NCBI RefSeq assembly: GCF_000145295.1
Contig: NC_014408.1
Span: 240,001 to 272,000, forward strand
Reading direction: 5' to 3'
DNA length: 32,000 nucleotides
Source: Methanothermobacter marburgensis str. Marburg
Lineage (GTDB): Archaea; Methanobacteriota; Methanobacteria; Methanobacteriales; Methanothermobacteraceae
Numbering within the stretch: the first letter of the stretch is position 1; each line of letters starts with the position of its first letter. Both the position numbers and the translations under genes were made by a program. Shown here one piece after another: positions 27,768-32,000 of the stretch. Below the pieces are notes generated by a model. It saw only the letters and a list, made by a program, of their open reading frames with translations, searched no databases and was not told the DNA's origin.

Positions 27768-28001
27768 TCATATAATTCCGTGAAGCATTCTTAGGCCATC
27801 CAGAAGGCCGTGGGCGTAGGTTATGCACCCGAAGGATGTGATGTAATCCCCCTTCTTTAGGTAGTAGATGGAGTCGTCCCTGTAGTTCAGGGCCCTCTCA
27901 ATGATGGCCCTCTCCTCCCCTTTGAATTCTATGGATTCCATTTCCATTAAATTTTTCTCAAGAAGATCAAGGTCCTTTTCTATGCGTTCCCTGCATTCCA
28001 T
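27768..28001 (-). CDS. DUF357-family small protein
   Basis: 77-aa helical protein (ALNYRDDSIYYLKKGDYITSFGCITYAHGLLDG) matching my recollection of DUF357. Function unknown. Confidence 0.5.
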   Translation of the reverse strand: MECRERIEKDLDLLEKNLMEMESIEFKGEERAIIERALNYRDDSIYYLKKGDYITSFGCITYAHGLLDGLRMLHGII

Positions 28002-28046
28002 TTAAACACCTCATCAATCTTTTAATCAGGGACTTTTCCTGAGGCA

Positions 28047-28616
28047 CTATGTTTTCATCTGCCCCCGAACGTACATCATCCTCTGGATCACCGTGAAGTA
28101 ACCTGCAATTACAAGAATTATCATGGCAGCGTTCATATACCATAAGCCAAGGAAGTATCCGGCAAGGGATCCTCCAATAAGTATTATGAGCCTCTCAGCC
28201 CTTTCAGCAACACCCACAGTGCATTCAAGGCCCTCGGACTCGGCCCTTGCCCTCACATAACTGACCATGAGGCTGGAGTGGAGGGCCAGCATACCTGTGA
28301 GAAGCCCTGTGAACCCCCCTGCCGTTATACCAATGATGATCAGGCCATCTGAGAGCCTGTCAAGGGTTGAATCCAGGAAACCACCAAATCTGGTGGGGTT
28401 GAACCTCCTCCTTGCAACAGCCCCATCAAGGACGTCTATGAATCCGCTTAATGCAAGAAGCAGAGCACCGTTAATAATATTCCCTGTGGCATAGGATGCA
28501 GCTGAGGCACATGCAACCAGGAAACCAGTGAACGTTATATAATCTGCTGGTATTGCGATCTTCTCTGCGATAGGGTCTATGAACCTTCTGAGTGCCGGTC
28601 TGAACTGATTCAACAT
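28047..28616 (-). CDS. CDP-alcohol phosphatidyltransferase, probably archaetidylinositol-phosphate synthase
   Basis: D-G-x2-A-R-x8-G-x3-D-x3-D motif (DVLDGAVARRRFNPTRFGGFLDSTLDRLSD) and multiple TM helices. The specific substrate call is inferred from memory of the Methanothermobacter enzyme. Confidence 0.7.
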   Translation of the reverse strand: MLNQFRPALRRFIDPIAEKIAIPADYITFTGFLVACASAASYATGNIINGALLLALSGFIDVLDGAVARRRFNPTRFGGFLDSTLDRLSDGLIIIGITAGGFTGLLTGMLALHSSLMVSYVRARAESEGLECTVGVAERAERLIILIGGSLAGYFLGLWYMNAAMIILVIAGYFTVIQRMMYVRGQMKT

Positions 28617-28671
28617 GAACTCATTTATATTGATTACAGATATATAAATTGGTCATGGATCTGGTGGTTCA

Positions 28672-29295
28672 ATGATAATCCGGAAAATCAGAAGAGAAAA
28701 CCCATCACAAAAGGTGATTGATGAGGCGATATCTGTTATGGAGAGGGGCGGGGCGGTGATATACCCCACAGATACCATCTATGGCCTCGGTGTCAATGCA
28801 CTTGACGGGGAGTCAGTGAGGAAGCTCTTCAGGATAAAGGGAAGGGCCCCTGATAAACCTGTATCCATATGTGTCTCAGGGGTGTCTGAGATACCGAGGT
28901 TCTCAAAACCATCAGAGCATGCAATGGAGGTAATCAGGAGGATATTGCCGGGACCATACACTGTTTTACTTGAGAAGAAGGATCTGGTGCCGGATATTCT
29001 CACGGGGGGATCATCAAAGGTGGGTGTAAGGGTCCCTGATGATGAGGTATGCAGAAGGATATCAGCAAGGTTTCCTGTGACAGCCACAAGCGCCAATATA
29101 TCAGGCAAGCAACCATCAGCTAACCCCCATGATATAATGGGGGATCTGGAGGTTGACCTCATGCTTGATGCAGGCGAATGTGATAGCACTGAACCATCCA
29201 CGGTTGTGGATCTTACAGTTGAACCACCAGCTGTTCTCAGGATGGGTAGGGGGGACCCTGAAGTTATCCACAGGATTTTCAGGTGTATAAGATGA
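28672..29295 (+). CDS. tsaC: L-threonylcarbamoyladenylate synthase, YrdC/TsaC-type (Sua5 family, YrdC domain only)
   Basis: GGAVIYPTDTIYGLGVNA, KGRAPDKPVSI and TATSANISG motifs. Confidence 0.88.
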   Translation: MIIRKIRRENPSQKVIDEAISVMERGGAVIYPTDTIYGLGVNALDGESVRKLFRIKGRAPDKPVSICVSGVSEIPRFSKPSEHAMEVIRRILPGPYTVLLEKKDLVPDILTGGSSKVGVRVPDDEVCRRISARFPVTATSANISGKQPSANPHDIMGDLEVDLMLDAGECDSTEPSTVVDLTVEPPAVLRMGRGDPEVIHRIFRCIR

Positions 29296-29996
29296 GGACC
29301 CTTATGGAGCTCGGTGAAAACGGGAGGCTCCCCACCGGTTCATCCATTGACTCCATCCTTGGAGGGGGTGTTGAGAGGGGGACCATCACACAGTTCTATG
29401 GACCCCCAGCTTCTGGCAAAACCAACATCGCAATTAAACTTGCAGTTGAAACTTCAAAGAGAGATAAGAAGACAGTTTTTATAGATACTGAGGGCGGAAT
29501 TTCTGTTGAAAGAATAAGACAGGTTTCAGGATCTTCATTTGAAAGGGTTGCCGATAATATAATAGTTTTTGAACCATCTAGCTTCACAGAGCAGGGTGAA
29601 GCCATTCAAAAAACACTGAATGTCCTCAAAAACCATGGCGATTCAGTGGACCTCATTGTACTTGATTCCGCGGTGGCCCTATACCGTCTAAAGGAGGGTA
29701 ACGGATCTAATTTCAATGTTGATCTTGGAAGACAGCTTTTCCTTCTTCTGCAGATGGCCAGAAGATTTGACCTTGCGGTGGTTATAACCAACCAGATATA
29801 TTCCCTGAGGGGAGATGATGGGGTGGAGAGGGTGAGTCCCGTTGGCGGGACCCTCCTGAGGTACTGGTCCAAAACAATTGTTGAACTTGAAATGGGTGAT
29901 AGGCCAGGTGAAAGAGTTGCTATACTCAGAAGGCACAGAAACAGACCTGAAGGTTTGAGAGCCAGTTTCAGGATAGTTCCTGAGGGTATTGTCTGA
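29292..29996 (+). CDS. radB: DNA repair and recombination protein RadB
   Basis: LPTGSSIDSILGGGVERGTITQFYGPPASGKTN (Walker A) in a short RecA/RadA-like core of about 235 aa. ATGA overlap with the tsaC stop. The ORF is open from GTG 29283. Confidence 0.88.
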   Translation: MRTLMELGENGRLPTGSSIDSILGGGVERGTITQFYGPPASGKTNIAIKLAVETSKRDKKTVFIDTEGGISVERIRQVSGSSFERVADNIIVFEPSSFTEQGEAIQKTLNVLKNHGDSVDLIVLDSAVALYRLKEGNGSNFNVDLGRQLFLLLQMARRFDLAVVITNQIYSLRGDDGVERVSPVGGTLLRYWSKTIVELEMGDRPGERVAILRRHRNRPEGLRASFRIVPEGIV

Positions 29997-30260
29997 GCTT
30001 GAGGGATTTTAATTTTTCCAGGATAGGTCTTCTATTATCATCTGGCCGGGCGCCGGGAGGTTAATCTGGGTCCTTAGAGTAGGATATGGGCCCAGAATTT
30101 TATTACAGAATCTCTGATGCTGAACAAAGTTTATTAAGTGGTTTGTTTAATATGATATAGAACACGGTAATAGTGTGGCCTATGGTTGAGGTTCAGCCTC
30201 GGGTAGATAAGAGAAGCCTTCTTCTCTTTCATTAGGATACTCTGGTGCTGATGTGATAAA

Positions 30261-31418
30261 ATGATTTCTCCTAAAAAATATGCTAAAGCCGCAAAAGTGC
30301 CGCCAAACGGCTTTAAAACTTCAAATGAGTTTTTTAACTACGTCTTCAAGGACAAAGAAATGATATGGATGGGTCAGAACACCAACCATCTTCATGATCA
30401 CTCTGAAATAGCGGAAGCCATGATTGATTGCATAAATGAGGGTAGTTACTGTAAGTATCCTCCTCCTGAGGGATTCCCGGAACTCAAGGAACTTGTACTG
30501 AAGGATCTGGGACTGGGGGATGGCTTTGAGGCCCTCATAACCGCCGGAGGTACAGAGTCCCTGTATCTCTGCATGAATGATATTCTCAACCCTGAGGACA
30601 ATGCCATAACATGTGATCCAGGGTACCTGATAATTGACAACTTTGCAAGCAGATTCGCATGCAGTGTCACATCGGTCCCAATATACAGCAGTGAATGTGG
30701 GTATAAACTGACACCTGACCTTGTGCTTGAGAATATGGACAGTAACACCCGCCTGATTTCACTCATTGACCCCCTGAATCCACTGGGGTCATCATATACA
30801 CTGGATGAGATAAAGGCATTTGCAGACATTGCAGTGGACCATGATGTTTACCTTCTGCACGATATAACCTACAGGGACTTTGCACAGGAACACCACCTTG
30901 CAGCTGATTACGCCCCCGACCATACAGTTACAGTGTACAGCTTTTCCAAGATATGCGGGATGGCAGGTCTCAGGATAGGTGCGATTGTTGCAACTGCAGA
31001 CATTGTTGAGTCAGTGAAGAGCATCGTCATAAATGACCTCGGTACAAATGTTGTATCCCAGGCAGGTGCAATTGCAGCCCTCAAATCAAAGGACAGGTGG
31101 GTTGACAGGATACGGGATGTGACCTTCAAAAACCAGAGGATCATCAGGGACGCTGTTGAAGAGGTTGAAGGGGCATTTCTCCCGGTTTACCCATCAAATG
31201 GAAACATGATGGCCATAGATATACATGAAACCGGTGTGAACCCCGTTGACCTTACAGACTACCTTCTTAAGAGGAAGATCTTTGTAAGGCAGGGTGCATA
31301 CACCAGCAAGATATTCGGGGACAGGTACATACGTCTCAGCTTCTCCATACCAACTGAGCAGGTCGAGATATTCGCTGAGAACTTTGTGGATGTGATGGAG
31401 TTCCTTAGGCCATCATAA
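30261..31418 (+). CDS. class I/II PLP-dependent aminotransferase (aspartate-aminotransferase family)
   Basis: PLP-lysine motif [14 protein letters not shown], and NPLNPLGS and YxxP motifs upstream. Confidence 0.85.
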   Translation: MISPKKYAKAAKVPPNGFKTSNEFFNYVFKDKEMIWMGQNTNHLHDHSEIAEAMIDCINEGSYCKYPPPEGFPELKELVLKDLGLGDGFEALITAGGTESLYLCMNDILNPEDNAITCDPGYLIIDNFASRFACSVTSVPIYSSECGYKLTPDLVLENMDSNTRLISLIDPLNPLGSSYTLDEIKAFADIAVDHDVYLLHDITYRDFAQEHHLAADYAPDHTVTVYSFSKICGMAGLRIGAIVATADIVESVKSIVINDLGTNVVSQAGAIAALKSKDRWVDRIRDVTFKNQRIIRDAVEEVEGAFLPVYPSNGNMMAIDIHETGVNPVDLTDYLLKRKIFVRQGAYTSKIFGDRYIRLSFSIPTEQVEIFAENFVDVMEFLRPS

Positions 31419-31426
31419 TTTCACAA

Positions 31427-31440
31427 TTTTTAGTTTTTTT
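31427..31440 (+). terminator. oligo-T terminator after the aminotransferase gene
   Basis: tttttagttttttt begins 9 nt after the stop codon. Confidence 0.5.
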
Positions 31441-31450
31441 AATCTGAAAA

Positions 31451-31546
31451 TGCTTTTTTGGGCTAATTTGCAGATAATCTAGATAATCTGCTAGTTGTAA
31501 TTTTTATTTTTTAGGATCTGTTTTTTGAGGCTTTTTTGCAGATAAT
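31451..31546. repeat. two ~28-nt direct repeats ending in GCAGATAAT, plus a tandem 9-mer
   Basis: 31451-31478 (tgcttttttgggctaatttgcagataat) versus 31519-31546 (tgttttttgaggcttttttgcagataat). agataatct occurs twice at 31472-31489, and a related gcagattat lies at 31571-31579. Confidence 0.7.
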
Positions 31547-31673
31547 TCGCTATTCTCTCCTTCAATTAACGCAGATTATGAGTGCATAAGTGGTTCCTTG
31601 GAAAAATAAAGGGGAGGTGTTCTGGTGGATATCTTAGGGAGTTTTTGAAAAGAAGGTTGTGTGTTCATTCATA

Positions 31674-32000
31674 TTATTCTGTTTTCAGGTAGTAGTATTC
31701 CCCCATCTCCTTCTGCTGCCTGTCAAGGAAACTTCCAGGCTTGTTAACACGCGGCCTTTTTGTTTCCTTATCCCTCCTGAAGGTTATCCCTGTTTCACTG
31801 AGGAATGTGTTCATAGCTTCCCTGAGTTCGGTGGGGCTTCCAGCGCGTCCCTCAACTCCAGGTTTACCACTGAAGACCATGGCTCTGTCGGATATGTAGT
31901 CAATGAAGATTATGTCATGGTCAATTATCATGGCAGACGCATTCCTGCTTTCAATTATCCTTCTTATGGCCTTGGCTGCAAGCAGACGCTGTTCAACGTC
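31674..32000 (-). CDS. ABCE1 / RNase L inhibitor-type ribosome-recycling ATPase, C-terminal part (5' end lies outside the window)
   Basis: The frame is open to the window edge. DVEQRL...[12 protein letters not shown]...GKPGVEG...[31 protein letters not shown] matches the ABCE1 C-terminus. Confidence 0.85.
   Translation of the reverse strand, partial: DVEQRLLAAKAIRRIIESRNASAMIIDHDIIFIDYISDRAMVFSGKPGVEGRAGSPTELREAMNTFLSETGITFRRDKETKRPRVNKPGSFLDRQQKEMGEYYYLKTE

Noticed and set aside
31625-31648. 7-codon ORF (GTG...TGA) behind a strong SD in the convergent intergenic region
   Set aside because: It is too short to support as a gene from sequence alone. It is mentioned only as part of the intergenic-region finding.

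Overview
This window looks like an ordinary core-chromosome segment of a thermophilic Methanobacteriales methanogen. Gene order and protein sequences resemble Methanothermobacter, judged from memory rather than a database search. It is densely coding (about 39 CDS and one tRNA), with no CRISPR array, no IS or transposase, no integrase and no obvious foreign island.

Layout, left to right:
- A complete tryptophan operon in the order trpE(partial)-G-C-F-B-A-D on the + strand.
- A convergent tRNA-Ile(GAU).
- A long minus-strand block from 14373 down to 5780: comA, an orphan ABC ATPase, a HypB/UreG-like NTPase, an RnfB-type Fe-S protein, a CofE-like protein, tfe, an HD hydrolase, a GltB-like FMN protein, an ArcS-like DUF5591-PUA protein, a DUF59 protein and an archaeal-type adenylate-kinase paralog.
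- The conserved archaeal cluster ftsZ-secE-spt5(nusG)-rpl11-rpl1-rplP0-rpl12.
- alaS, a COG1900-ferredoxin sulfur-insertion protein, thiI and fbp (FBP aldolase/phosphatase).
- A minus-strand group: an archaetidylinositol-phosphate-synthase-like gene, DUF357, DUF47/PhoU-like and DUF434-NYN-like.
- sua5/tsaC-like, radB, a class I aminotransferase, and the 3' end of ABCE1.

Most worth a second look:
1. The uncharacterised ABC ATPase, G3E-like NTPase and Fe-S protein translationally coupled behind comA.
2. A tfe gene broken by three single-base surpluses at CCC-TGA, A7 and A4 that together restore the frame.
3. A diverged duplication of the trpB/trpA junction that creates a 20-codon bridging mini-ORF with ATGA overlaps at both ends.
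4. A thiI N-terminus whose conserved residues lie upstream of the only canonical start codon.
5. A DUF47 / DUF434-NYN / DUF357 cluster.
6. Several repeat and hairpin elements in intergenic regions.
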